Numbered from the stretch's first letter, positions 1 to 10,706 are shown. The stretch: DNA of 64,000 nt from Rhodothermales bacterium (GCA_963663495.1 OY760427.1:412040-476039); one strand, 5' to 3'. The notes: a model not told the origin generated them from the sequence alone. A program made the numbers and translations.

Positions 1-1357
1 CCACTCCCGCGGTCTTATCCGCATAAATCACCCGTCCGGAGACGTACTGCGCGCTCTGCAAAGCGCTCTACAGCCCGTTTGCGGGTGATTCCATGCAGAA
101 AATCGGGAAGGCAGCGCTTTTGTGTACCAGGGGAAGAGTGTTGAAGTACCCTCGCTGCTGCAAAAGCCCCTCCCGTTCGGTATTCGTATCTCTCATGCCT
201 GCTGCTCGGACACCTCATCAGCAAACAATGCCGACCGCATCGGTAATAACTTCGACGCATGCTCCAGTCTGCGCATGCGTGATTCCATCTCCAACAGCAA
301 CAGCGCCAACTGCGCCCGTCGCTCCTGTGGCGGATACCAGTGACGAAGGCCGCGCAACTGCTTGACCAGCCTGTGCGAGGTATGCATCAAACAACGGGTG
401 CTCCTAAGACTCGGACTCAGCATCTCGTACAAGCCCGTACCATGCAGCGTCAGTGTCCGGTCCAGATCCTGCAGCAGCCATTGCGCCGCAGATCGGTTGC
501 ACCGTTGTAACTCGGCATGGATCCGCATCAGGGAACTGTGGGCCTCCTGTCGGTCCGGTAATTGATAAGCACGCGAGATGGCGCCCTTTACACGGCGTTG
601 ATCCTCATCGGCAAGATAGCTGACTACACGCTCGCGCTTGGCCATCTGGCAATGCTGCAGGCATACATGCATGCCCAAGCTCTGACCAAGAACTCGTGTT
701 AGCCCCGCCTGTCCAGATGTGATGCAAAGCAGGCCCCGATCCACACACAAACCGCGCTCGCACAACCCTTGTAGCAGCTGCCGCACCGCCCCCGTATCCT
801 GCACCGTGGACTCTGTAAATCCCAGCATATGCCGATACCCCTCTGCGGTAACGGCCATGCAAAGCAACAATGAACGACCGTACACCGATGTGGCATCCAT
901 CCACAGAGCCACGTAATCTTCCCCGCCTATGTGCCGACCCTCAAAGACCTCCAAGGCCTGGTTGCGCACCTCCCGCATATAGGCATTATCCTGACCACCA
1001 CCACCTTGTAACGAGGCCTCCTTCGCCTCCAGAACACGGGACGACTCCTCTGTTTGCGTCTTGCTGTCCGTAGGGGATGATGGAACCGCATTCACACCCG
1101 GGCTGGCCGACTCCTCTTGTTGCACATCCGACTCCAGACTGCATGTCAGGCGTTGTGCAAGCTCGGTGCATTGTCGCAGGAGAAAATATCGCAGCGACCG
1201 ACCGGATTGACCCGCGTCGCGAAGCATCTGATCAAGCTCCGAAAGATCATCTGAAGGCATCTTGGGAGAAAATAATTGGCTCGTGTAAAAGGCTCCGAAT
1301 ACTCCTAAACATTCGCGACCCTCGTTTTATAAGCCAACTAAATCTGGCACCATGCCC
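1..1357 (-). mobile_element. Window-truncated second copy of the large IS256-derived element (repeat-array edge, transposase-like gene, terminal IR at 1334-1357)
   Basis: 1-192 is the reverse complement of 7175-7370. 193-1260 is near-identical to 6107-7174. The 24-bp end CCAACTAAATCTGGCACCATGCCC (1334-1357) is the complement of the end at 6010-6033. Confidence 0.7.
193..1260 (-). CDS. IS256-family (Mutator-type) transposase-like protein with a degenerate DDE triad
   Basis: 355 aa, aligns with the bona fide IS256 transposase at 10707-12002 (YVALWMDATSV / LCITSGQAGL / STRCLMHTSHRL versus YVTLLIDGKYL / LCVVDGAKGL / TTNIIENVNGQL). The second Asp and the Glu are replaced. Confidence 0.8.
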   Translation of the reverse strand: MPSDDLSELDQMLRDAGQSGRSLRYFLLRQCTELAQRLTCSLESDVQQEESASPGVNAVPSSPTDSKTQTEESSRVLEAKEASLQGGGGQDNAYMREVRNQALEVFEGRHIGGEDYVALWMDATSVYGRSLLLCMAVTAEGYRHMLGFTESTVQDTGAVRQLLQGLCERGLCVDRGLLCITSGQAGLTRVLGQSLGMHVCLQHCQMAKRERVVSYLADEDQRRVKGAISRAYQLPDRQEAHSSLMRIHAELQRCNRSAAQWLLQDLDRTLTLHGTGLYEMLSPSLRSTRCLMHTSHRLVKQLRGLRHWYPPQERRAQLALLLLEMESRMRRLEHASKLLPMRSALFADEVSEQQA

Positions 1358-3220
1358 AGACCCCCAAACGCTCCACCTTGCACCCGCTCTTGAGCACGCG
1401 GAAGAAGTCTTCCACCCGCCACCGCTTGAGATACATGGCCAACACCCGCCGTGCATCCGCTACGCTCCCTACCTCCATGCTGGTCAATAGCATCCACTCC
1501 ACCGGCGGCGCATCCCCCGGAGGCTCCACCTCCAACACATGCACCCCGTACATCACCACCGGCTCCTCCTCGTTCTTCGGATCCGGCAACAAGAACCTCC
1601 CGTAGCGTACCTCCGCATTGACCATCCGGTAACTGCGACCCTTCCGTGCCTGCTTGCGCGCCTGCTTCTTGCGCGCCGTCACCCGATTTATCTCTATCGC
1701 TACATTCCCCGGAGCCTCACCACTGCGCATTACCGCAAACAGCTTGCGATCATCCAACAGCTTGCGATCATGCTTCGCTCGTATCAATACCTCCGCCTTA
1801 CCCTGTCTACGCTGCTCGGCAAACATCGCAAAGCTGTCCGCCTCCCGGTCCGCAACACAGATCACCTGCGTCTCGCCGGACAGCTCCGCCGCCGCCTCGC
1901 ATATATCCTTGAACCCGTCTATCCACTGCTGCGTCCGCGGAACATGCGGACCCTCCTCCGGATCCTTGAAGCTGCCACGCAACACCCCCAACGTCAATCC
2001 ATCCTCCGTCACCGCCAGCGTCGCATGCAACGGCAACCCCAGCGTCTTCGCCGTCGTCTGATTACTCCCTGTTACCTCCAAATCCGTACACGCCGGCCGC
2101 GTACTGTACCGCAACTTCGTCGTGTCCTGGATGCATAACACGGTCTCCTGACTACGCATACGCTCTATCGTACGCCCACGATGCGGCGCCAATATGTTCT
2201 CCGGCGTTACCGTTTTGTCCTTCTTGCTCTCCAATAACCGGTAATGCCCCTTCACCGCCGCGCGGTCCGCATCCGTATGCGCGGTAATGCTGTGGACTAT
2301 CACATCGGCCAACATGGACGTGCTCTTTACCAGTCGCACAGACAACCGCCTGTCTCCCAATGGCGCTCCGCCAAACTCCGTTTCGGCCCACTGCGCACTG
2401 TCAATCCCCTCGTGCGGATCCCTCACCGGACGCAACTCCTCCTCCGGTTCCCCCAGGGTTCCGCGCCATTCTTTGTCCAACTCGTATACATACAGCCCCT
2501 TGGGATCCTTTTCCTTTGCCTCCTTGTGCCGCTTTCCGCCTGCGGTATGGCCGATCAATACAAAATTGTTCACCTCAAAACACGTTCCTTCCCCTTGGGG
2601 ATCCACATACGTTTCGACAACCCAGGGACGGTAACGGTACCGTGCCTGAAAATCATCCGCCAACCGTCTCAACACCTTACCCAGTACATGGCTGGCCAAA
2701 TCCTGACACTGCCCCCGTATCAGAAAACGACTCAAACACACCACACGGTGCAAATGCGCCTTGCGCTGCTCATCACTCCACGCCATCCAGTGCTCCCTGG
2801 GCGCCAGGCACAACGCCGCCGCCGAAAATCCCACCGCTCCCAGGTAACCATGGGCACTGCCTATCAGATAGCGTACCTGCGCTCCCACAAATGTGGTCGT
2901 ACGCCTCGGATGCTCAAAGTGCAGCAACGTGTTCCACACCACACGCTGCTCGTCCGTCTCAACCAACTCAATCGTCAACCCCCGGACACCGTGTACCGTG
3001 TCCGGTAACGCTATCGGATCCGGTACCCGCTCCTCGCGCCTACGCGGTTCCGCCTTAGCCGCATTACAATTCTCGGGCTTGGGCAACACCATCCTCCCCC
3101 GGGCCTCCAACTTCGATAAAGCCTGCGCACAGTTGCTCACCTGCAGTTCGCCCCGTGCATCAACAAACCCGAACTCTTCGCAGACAGCGCGCGCTATCTG
3201 CGTGCGATACCGCCAACGAT
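1358..3220 (-). pseudogene. IS4-family transposase fragment (DUF4338 N-terminal domain + Tn5-like DDE domain), cut at both ends by other IS
   Basis: About 95% identical to 12650-14512 of the intact 769-aa gene. Its 3' side is cut by the IS256-like end at 1357 and its 5' side by the IS66 end at 3221. Confidence 0.85.
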
Positions 3221-3520
3221 GTATCCGTACGGTAAAGTACATGGTAAAGCGGGCTTAGCATTGGTCTGCGTAGTCCGCTTGTAGAGCTTAGTGCAAGGTG
3301 ATTATACGCCGGGTTTGGTGTGCCGATATGGGAATTTCGGAGTGGTGTGCAGCTTATCGTCCAGGCGCCTGAATGCAGGCAGCAATCAGCGTCTTTTGGG
3401 ACAAAAAACATGGGTTTTGGGGAGAAGAACCGGAACATTGTGGAGGACGCACATGCACATGAACTATGCGGTCCAAGGCATCTTTCTCCCCCTCTTCTCC
3501 TGCCGGTGAAGTCCTTTTTC

Positions 3521-3592
3521 AGAGGCTAAGAAACCAAGAGGCTAAGAAACCAAGAGGCTAAGAAACCAAGAGGCTAAGAAACCAAGAGGCTG
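3521..3592 (+). repeat. 16-bp tandem repeat AGAGGCTAAGAAACCA, 4 full units plus a partial one
   Basis: Read directly. IS66 copy 2 has a single unit at the homologous position (about 21240-21260). Confidence 0.9.
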
Positions 3593-3624
3593 AGAACAAG
3601 GATCTGCGAAAACAGGTCCGTCGC

Positions 3625-5190
3625 TTGGAGAAAAAAGCCGATCGTCTATCCAAGAACAACGCGGATATGGCTGCGACAATTGCCGATCAGGCTGCGAAGA
3701 TTAGCCATCTGGAAGATAGGTTGGAACAAGCGCATCGCCTACTCTCTGGCAAAAAGAGTGAGCGTTACACGCCGGCGGACAATGCGCAGCAAGGCCGGTT
3801 GTCTGGAGAGGAACCAGAAGCTGTTGAGCCCGAGGAGGAGGAGGACGAGTATGTCCTGGTAAAGCGCAAGCGGCGTGGGAAGAACAAGCCGGTGCGCGGG
3901 CCGCTTCCGGACCATCTGCCCAGAGAGGTGATCCGCCTTGAGCCGGAGGGCAGCACCGCGGGTATGAAGTACATCGGCGAGGAAGTAACGGAGTACCTGG
4001 AATATGTGCCGGGCTTCACGAGGGTAGTACGGATTGTGCGGCCGAAGTACGTTGTCTGCAAGGAGCCTCGCAAGGGGGTGGTCATAGCGCCGTTGCCGAA
4101 GCGTGTTATACCGAAGGGGAAGGCGGGTCCGGGGTTGTTGGCGTATTTGGCGGTAGCCAAATATGTGGATCATATGCCGCTATACCGGCTGCGGAAGAAG
4201 TTTCAGCGCCATGGCGTGAAGCTATCGGCTGCTACAATGGGGGATTGGATTGCGAAGGTAGCGACGTATCTGGGTCCGTTAGGAGATGCGTTGCGTAAGG
4301 AGGTGCTTCGTAGCGGGTATCTGCAGGTGGATGAGACAATGTTCCCGGTGCAAAAGCCGAAGAAGAAAGGGAAGAAGAAAGGGAAGGAGAAGGAGAAGGA
4401 AGGGAAGAAAAACGAAGGAAAGACGCATCGCGGCTATCTTTGGGTATACCTGGCACCGCGGGCGAAGGTGGTGATGATGGATTACAGCCCGAGCCGTGCG
4501 CGCGCTGGACCGTGGGAATTCTTGCGCGGATATAGAGGGGCGATGCAAACCGACGGGTATGTGGTGTACGATGCGTTTGGTACGCGGGGCGGGATAACGC
4601 TGTTTGGATGTATGGCGCATGCGCGTCGCAAGTTTTATGACTGCAGGAAAAAGGAGCCCAAGAAGGTGCGCCATGTAATGGAGGAAATCCGGCAGTTGTA
4701 TGCGATAGAGCGTGGGTTGCGTAAGGAGGGAGCTGGTCCGGCTCGGCGTGTAGAGGTACGACAGGAGGAGGCACGGCCGGTACTGGAGAAGTTGAAGCCA
4801 TGGCTTGAGGAGAGTCGTGAGCACCGGCCGAGTGCGGGATGGGATGAAGCCGTGGGGTACATGCTCAACAGGTGGGAGAAGCTGGCTTGTTACCTGGAAG
4901 ACGGTGAGGTTGAGATTGACAACAATCTGGTCGAGAACCAGATGCGAGCGATTGCGCTTGGTCGAAAAAACCATCTGTTTGCGGGATCGCATGCGGCAGC
5001 GCAGCGGTCCGCAGTACTGTACGCTCTTTTTGCCACATGCAAGTTGCAATCGACAAACCCGATTGAATGGCTTACCGACGTACTACGCCGTCTTCCGACA
5101 CATCCTGCCGACCGCATGGCTGAACTCTTGCCCCATCATTGGAAAGCTAGTCGGGACTTGCAGCAAGCTACCGTCAAGAAAGCGGCATAG
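3625..5190 (+). CDS. IS66-family transposase (TnpC-type), N-terminus disrupted relative to copy 2
   Basis: 521-aa ORF about 95% identical to the 544-aa ORF at 19688-21322. IS66 hallmarks present (MPLYRLRKKF, DETTFPV-type segment, DNNLVENQMR). The upstream ATG at about 3468 is put out of frame by stops inside the 16-bp repeat expansion. Confidence 0.8.
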   Translation: MEKKADRLSKNNADMAATIADQAAKISHLEDRLEQAHRLLSGKKSERYTPADNAQQGRLSGEEPEAVEPEEEEDEYVLVKRKRRGKNKPVRGPLPDHLPREVIRLEPEGSTAGMKYIGEEVTEYLEYVPGFTRVVRIVRPKYVVCKEPRKGVVIAPLPKRVIPKGKAGPGLLAYLAVAKYVDHMPLYRLRKKFQRHGVKLSAATMGDWIAKVATYLGPLGDALRKEVLRSGYLQVDETMFPVQKPKKKGKKKGKEKEKEGKKNEGKTHRGYLWVYLAPRAKVVMMDYSPSRARAGPWEFLRGYRGAMQTDGYVVYDAFGTRGGITLFGCMAHARRKFYDCRKKEPKKVRHVMEEIRQLYAIERGLRKEGAGPARRVEVRQEEARPVLEKLKPWLEESREHRPSAGWDEAVGYMLNRWEKLACYLEDGEVEIDNNLVENQMRAIALGRKNHLFAGSHAAAQRSAVLYALFATCKLQSTNPIEWLTDVLRRLPTHPADRMAELLPHHWKASRDLQQATVKKAA

Positions 5191-5332
5191 GAGCCCCTAA
5201 ACAGGCGCGCCCGGTCATCCGATAGATCCGTGTACGGGTCTGCGAATACGCTGTCAGGTACTTGACTCCTGCACACCCAACCGACGCTAGCCTATAAACC
5301 TTCGAACCGCGCTCTAACTTACTCTAATTGAG

Positions 5333-5503
5333 GGGAATTATATGGCTGAGTACCCATCTGCTGAGGTTTTCGAATTAATTGCAGTTTTTTCGCGAAAAGC
5401 GGGAACTGATTATGAAAAACTGGCGCAAGCCATCCTGACCGCACCACCACAGCGCAATAATAACGGGTGCCAAAACGCGTGGGTACTCAGCTATATAATT
5501 CCC
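5333..5503. mobile_element. 171-bp MITE with near-perfect 24-bp terminal inverted repeats, inserted into the right arm of IS66 copy 1
   Basis: GGGAATTATATGGCTGAGTACCCA ... TGGGTACTCAGCTATATAATTCCC. Flanked by the direct repeat TAATTGAG (5325-5332 and 5504-5511). The uninterrupted site with a single TAATTGAG is seen in IS66 copy 2 (about 19545-19560, complement). Confidence 0.85.
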
Positions 5504-5555
5504 TAATTGAGAGAGTAAATACCCTCGGTTATAATGTACTTCACCGGACGGATAC

Positions 5556-5742
5556 TTACCAGGAGCATGACGCCCACGCCCCTTGGTTTTCCCCACACAC
5601 TGAAACCCCGCAGCCCGAAAACACGTGCCGCGATGTTCGGGGCCCACAAAGGTCTCTATCACCCACGGCACATACCCGTAACGGTTCTCAAAATCCTCCG
5701 GAAAACAACGCAATACCTTCCCCAGTGTATGGCTGGCAAGGT
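5556..5742 (-). pseudogene. Internal fragment of a second, diverged DUF4338-type IS4 transposase gene
   Basis: Translates to LASHTLGKVLRCFPEDFENRYGYVPWVIETFVGPEHRGTCFRAAGFQCVGKTKGRGRH, homologous to residues of the 769-aa protein. It continues the reading frame of 14828-15430 across the IS4 insertion. Confidence 0.6.
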
Positions 5743-6106
5743 CTGCCCTGTACCCATAAATCATCCATTACGGTTCGATTGTTCGTCAGGTATGGTCAAA
5801 TATCGCTGGCATGGCTGTCGGAATATCTCGGGTATTTCGGCCTAACAGGTATGGTGTGTGACTTGAGGTGAATAATGCCATCCTCTCGTGCGGATACGCG
5901 ATCTCTTCCTGCGCCGCTTCCCTTGGCGCTGCATTGCCTACATCCACGAACCCTCGGCTGCAGTCTCCTGGCGATACTTCTGCCTCCAGTAATTCAACGG
6001 TCCGTACGAGGGCATGGTGCCAGATTTAGTTGGCTTATAAAACGAGGGTCGCGAATGTTTAGGAGTATTCGGAGCCTTTTACACGAGCCAATTATTTTCT
6101 TCCAAG

Positions 6107-7174
6107 ATGCCTTCAGATGATCTTTCGGAGCTTGATCAGATGCTTCGCGACGCGGGTCAATCCGGTCGGTCGCTGCGATATTTTCTCCTGCGACAATGCA
6201 CCGAGCTTGCACAACGCCTGACATGCAGTCTGGAGTCGGATGTGCAACAAGAGGAGTCGGCCAGCCCGGGTGTGAATGCGGTTCCATCATCCCCTACGGA
6301 CGGCAAGACGCAAACAGAGGAGTCGTCCCGTGTTCTGGAGGCGAAGGAGGCCTCGTTACAAGGTGGTGGTGGTCAGGATAATGCCTATATGCGGGAGGTG
6401 CGCAACCAGGCCTTGGAGGTCTTTGAGAGTCGGCACATAGGCGGGGAAGATTACGTGGCTCTGTGGATGGATGCCACATCGGTGTACGGTCGTTCATTGT
6501 TGCTTTGCATGGCCGTTACCGCAGAGGGGTATCGGCATATGCTGGGATTTACAGAGTCCACGGTGCAGGATACGGGGGCGGTGCGGCAGCTGCTACAAGG
6601 GTTGTGCGAGCGCGGTTTGTGTGTGGATCGGGGCCTGCTTTGCATCACATCTGGACAGGCGGGGCTAACACGAGTTCTTGGTCAGAGCTTGGGCATGCAT
6701 GTATGCCTGCAGCATTGCCAGATGGCCAAGCGCGAGCGTGTAGTCAGCTATCTTGCCGATGAGGATCAACGCCGTGTAAAGGGCGCCATCTCGCGTGCTT
6801 ATCAATTACCGGACCGACAGGAGGCCCACAGTTCCCTGATGCGGATCCATGCCGAGTTACAACGGTGCAACCGATCTGCGGCGCAATGGCTGCTGCAGGA
6901 TCTGGACCGAACACTGACGCTGCATGGTACGGGCTTGTACGAGATGCTGAGTCCGAGTCTTAGGAGCACCCGTTGTTTGATGCATACCTCGCACAGGCTG
7001 GTCAAGCAGTTGCGCGGCCTTCGTCACTGGTATCCGCCACAGGAGCGACGGGCGCAGTTGGCGCTGTTGCTGTTGGAGATGGAATCACGCATGCGCAGAC
7101 TGGAGCATGCGTCGAAGTTATTACCGATGCGGTCGGCATTGTTTGCTGATGAGGTGTCCGAGCAGCAGGCATGA
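6107..7174 (+). CDS. IS256-family transposase-like protein with a degenerate DDE triad (copy 2)
   Basis: 355 aa, 2 substitutions relative to 193-1260. D retained in WMDATS, S replaces the second D (CITSGQAGL), M replaces E when the ...RHW / ...RRW anchors are aligned. Confidence 0.8.
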   Translation: MPSDDLSELDQMLRDAGQSGRSLRYFLLRQCTELAQRLTCSLESDVQQEESASPGVNAVPSSPTDGKTQTEESSRVLEAKEASLQGGGGQDNAYMREVRNQALEVFESRHIGGEDYVALWMDATSVYGRSLLLCMAVTAEGYRHMLGFTESTVQDTGAVRQLLQGLCERGLCVDRGLLCITSGQAGLTRVLGQSLGMHVCLQHCQMAKRERVVSYLADEDQRRVKGAISRAYQLPDRQEAHSSLMRIHAELQRCNRSAAQWLLQDLDRTLTLHGTGLYEMLSPSLRSTRCLMHTSHRLVKQLRGLRHWYPPQERRAQLALLLLEMESRMRRLEHASKLLPMRSALFADEVSEQQA

Positions 7175-10100
7175 GAGATACGAATACCGAATGGGAGGGG
7201 CTTTTACAGCAGCGAGGGTACTTCAACACTCTTCCCCTAGTACACAAAAGCGCTGCCTTCCCGATTTTCTGCCTGGAATCACCCGCAAACGGGCTGTAGA
7301 GTACTTTTAGAGCGCGCAGTACGTCTCCGGACGGGTGATTATGCGGATAAGACCACGGGAGCGGCAACGGAGATCGCCTCCATTGGGCCAAAAAGGGGCT
7401 CGTGCAGGCTGTTTTTGTACAAACAGCTGGCTTTTCGCCGCACAGCGGCCCGTAGAACCTCAATAAACGCTCTCGCAGGCCCGGTTTCCTGCTGCGGCCG
7501 GACACACCCGGTGTGCAGATCAGGCTTCAAGTACACAAAAAACGCGGATATCCCCGTTTTTCTGCCCGGAATCACCCGTAAACGGCCTGCCGAGCGCCTT
7601 TCAGAGCGCGCAATACGTCTCTGGACGGGTAATTATGCGGATAAGACCACGGGAGCGGCAACGGAGAGCGCCTCCATTGGGCCAAAAAGGGGCTCGTGCA
7701 GGCTGTTTTTGGTCCAACAGCTGGCTTTTCGCCGCACAGCGGCCCGTGGAACCTCAATAAACGCTCTCGCAGGCCCGGTTTCCTGCTGCGGCCGGACACA
7801 CCCGGTATGCAGATCAGGCTTCAAGTGCACAACAAACACGGATATCCCCGTTCCGGAATCACCGGTAAACGGCCTGCCGAGCGCCTTTCAGAGCGCGCAA
7901 TACGTCTCTGGACGGGTAATTATGCGGATAAGACCACGGGAGCGGCAACGGAGAGCGCCTCCGTTGGGCCAAAAAGGGGCTCGTGCAGGCTGTTTTTGGT
8001 CCAACAGCTGGCTTTTCGCCGCACAGCGGCCCGTAGAACCTCAATAAACACTCTCGCAGGCCCGGTTTCCTGCTGCACCCGGTATGCAGATCAGGCTTCA
8101 AGTGCACAACAAACGCGGATATCCCCGTTTTTCTGCCCGGCATCACCTGCAAACGGCCTGCCGAGCGTCTTTCAGAGTGCGCAATACGTCTCTGGACGGG
8201 TAATCATGCGGATAAGACCACGGGAGCGGCAACGGAAAGCACCTCCATTGGGCGAAAAAGGCCTTGTGCAGGCCTGTAAGGATGCCAATTGCTGTGCACA
8301 GAGGGATGACCAAGGCCATCAAGGAAGCAGACTGCCCTGTGTTAAAGAGCTGCCGAGCTGGCTAACAGCACTATTGGAACGCGTACGATTGATCCATGCT
8401 TGCCAGAACAAGAATGTGGCCGTGCAATACTACTATGAGCACGATATCCGGGCGCACCGTGCCATGGTTGAAAAGATTGGCACGTTTTCGGAGCTAATCA
8501 CACGCATGGCAGGCTACAATGACTCCAGATCGTACGCTTTAAGCCGCTATAGCGATGCCAGCGCACGCAGAAGGGCTCAACGAAGCCGTTCGCGTGCAGA
8601 AACGCGCCCATATCTGCCACCAAAACGCCGACGACACCATACATCGCGCGTGTAGGTTATTGCGTGCACGGAAAACGGTGCATAAAGTATTCAATATTTG
8701 TAACCTGCACGGAATGGCATAACACCGCTGTTTTTGTACAAACAGCCGACTTGTTGCCGCACAGCAGCCCGTGGAGTCGCTATAACCTCTCTCAAAGGCC
8801 CGGTTTCCTGCTGCAGCAGGACCCACCCGGTATGCAGATCCGGCTTCAAGTGCACAATAAACGCGGATATCCCCGTTTTTCTGCCCGGAATCACTTGTAA
8901 ACGGCCTTGCAGAGCACTTTGCAGAGCGTGCAAAACGTCTCCAGACGGGTAACTATGCGGATAATACCGCGGGAGCGGCAACAGGAAGCGCCTCCATTGG
9001 GCCAAAAGGGCCTCGCACAAGGCCTGTAAGGATGCCAATTGCTGTGCACAGAGGGATGACCAAGGCCATCAAGGAAGCAGACTGCCCTGCGTTAAAGAGC
9101 TGCCGAGCTGGCTAACAGCACTATTGGAACGCGTACGATTGATCCATGCTTGCCAGAACAAGAATGTGGACGTGCAATACTACTATGAGCACGATATCCG
9201 GGCGCACCGTGCCACGGTTGAAAAGATTGGCACGTTTTCGGAGCTAATCACACGCATGGCAGGCTACAATGACTCCAGATCGTACGCTTTAAGCCGCTAT
9301 AGCGATGCCAGCGCACGCAAAAGGGCTCAACGAAGCCGTTCGCGTGCAGAAACGCGCCCATATCTGCCACCAAAACGCCGACGACACCATACATCACGCG
9401 TGTAGGTTATTGCGTGCACGGAAAACGGTGCATAAAGTATTCAATATTTGTAACCTGCACGGAATGGTATAACACCGCTGTTTTTGTACAAACAGCCGAC
9501 TTTTTGCCGCACAGCAGCCCGTGGAGCTGCTATAACCTCTCTCAAAGGCCCGGTTTCCTGCTGCGGCCGGACACACCCGGTATGCAAGATCAGGCTTCAA
9601 GTGCACAAAAAACACGGATATCCCCGTTCCGGAATCACCGGTAAACGGCCTGCCGAGCGCCTTTCAGAGCGCGCAATACGTCTCTGGATGGGTAATCATG
9701 CGGATAAGACCACGGGAGTGGCAACAGGAAGCGCCTCCATTGGGCCAAAAAGGGGCTCGTGCAGGCTGTTTTTGGTCCAACAGCTGGCTTTTCGCCGCAC
9801 AGCGGCCCGTAGAACCTCAATAAACACTCTCGCAGGCCCGGTTTCCTGCTGCACCCGGTATGCAAGATCAGGCTTCAAGTGCACAACAAACACGGATATC
9901 CCCGTTTTTCTGCCCGGCATCACCTGCAAACGGCCTGCCGAGCGTCTTTCAGAGTGCGCAATACGTCTCTGGACGGGTAATCATGCGGATAAGACCACGG
10001 GAGCGGCAACGGAAAGCACCTCCATTGGGCGAAAAAGGCCTTGTGCAGGCCTGTAAGGATGCCAATTGCTGTGCACAGAGGGATGACCAAGGCCATCAAG

Positions 10101-10600
10101 GAAGCAGACTGCCCTGTGTTAAAGAGCTGCCGAGCTGGCTAACAGCACTATTGGAACGCGTACGATTGATCCATGCTTGCCAGAACAAGAATGTGGCCGT
10201 GCAATACTACTATGAGCACGATATCCGGGCGCACCGTGCCATGGTTGAAAAGATTGGCACGTTTTCGGAGCTAATCACACGCATGGCAGGCTACAATGAC
10301 TCCAGATCGTACGCTTTAAGCCGCTATAGCGATGCCAGCGCACGCAAAAGGGCTCAACGAAGCCGTTCGCGTGCAGAAACGCGCCCATATCTGCCACCAA
10401 AACGCCGACGACACCATACATCGCGCGTGTAGGTTATTGCGTGCACGGAAAACGGTGCATAAAGTATTCAATATTTGTAACCTGCACGGAATGGCATAAC
10501 ACCGCTGTTTTTGTACAAACAGCCGACTTGTTGCCGCACAGCAGCCCGTGGAGCTGCTATAACCTCTCTCAAAGGCCCGGTTTCCTGCTGCAGGCATCTA
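7175..10600 (+). repeat. Higher-order tandem repeat array (about 285-294-bp units interleaved with three about 430-bp blocks)
   Basis: The motif GTCTC(C/T)GGA(C/T)GGGT starts at 7323, 7617, 7904, 8188, 8937, 9680 and 9965. The block GGCCTGTAAGGATGCC starts at 8271, 9021 and 10048, and each carries a 93-codon TTG-initiated ORF (8374-8655, 9124-9405, 10151-10432). Conserved hairpins: GCCGC-ACA-GCGGC, GCAGG-CCCGGTTT-CCTGC, GCTGTT-loop-AACAGC. Confidence 0.85.
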
Positions 10601-10706
10601 CAAAGTCATCCTCGTCGTTGGAAATCCTTACTATTGAACCATCTGGGGGCTCTGCATTATGCTACTTGGAGCCCTAATCATCCAACACCCTAACACACCC
10701 ATCGTT

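Larger units (their letters stand above)
3221..5555 (+). mobile_element. IS66-family insertion sequence, copy 1 (single-ORF type), carrying a MITE insertion
   Basis: Terminal IRs GTATCCGTACGGTAAAGTACAT (3221) and the complement of GTATCCGTCCGGTGAAGTACAT (ends 5555). Collinear with copy 2 at 19501-21567. Confidence 0.85.

Noticed and set aside
1539-3058. Antisense and alternate-frame ORFs inside the IS4 transposase genes (1539-2138, 2244-3008, 2360-3058; likewise 12829-13428, 13534-14298, 13650-14348)
   Set aside because: They are Pro/Arg/Ser-rich shadow ORFs typical of high-GC DNA, lying opposite a well-supported transposase frame.
3221-5555. Expectation of IS66 accessory genes tnpA/tnpB upstream of the transposase
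   Set aside because: Only one long ORF is present in all three copies, and the about 250-bp leader has no credible ORF. This is consistent with the single-ORF IS66 subgroup and does not indicate a deletion.
5375-5764. 129-aa ORF as a real gene
   Set aside because: It is chimeric: it reads from the IS4 terminal repeat through a DUF4338 gene fragment, the IS66 arm and into the MITE.
7415-8655. Long ORFs running through the repeat array (7415-8047, 7696-8655, 9484-10056, 9860-10432 and their antisense partners)
   Set aside because: They are open only because the same stop-free repeat unit is iterated. The translated sequence is the repeat read in several frames and has no recognisable domain.
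7175-10600. Possible CRISPR array or integron cassette array, suggested by the regular repeats with palindromic cores
   Set aside because: The units are about 290 bp, contiguous and near-identical, with no unique spacers of 30-40 bp. I saw no cas genes, no attC-like R/L core pairs and no integrase.
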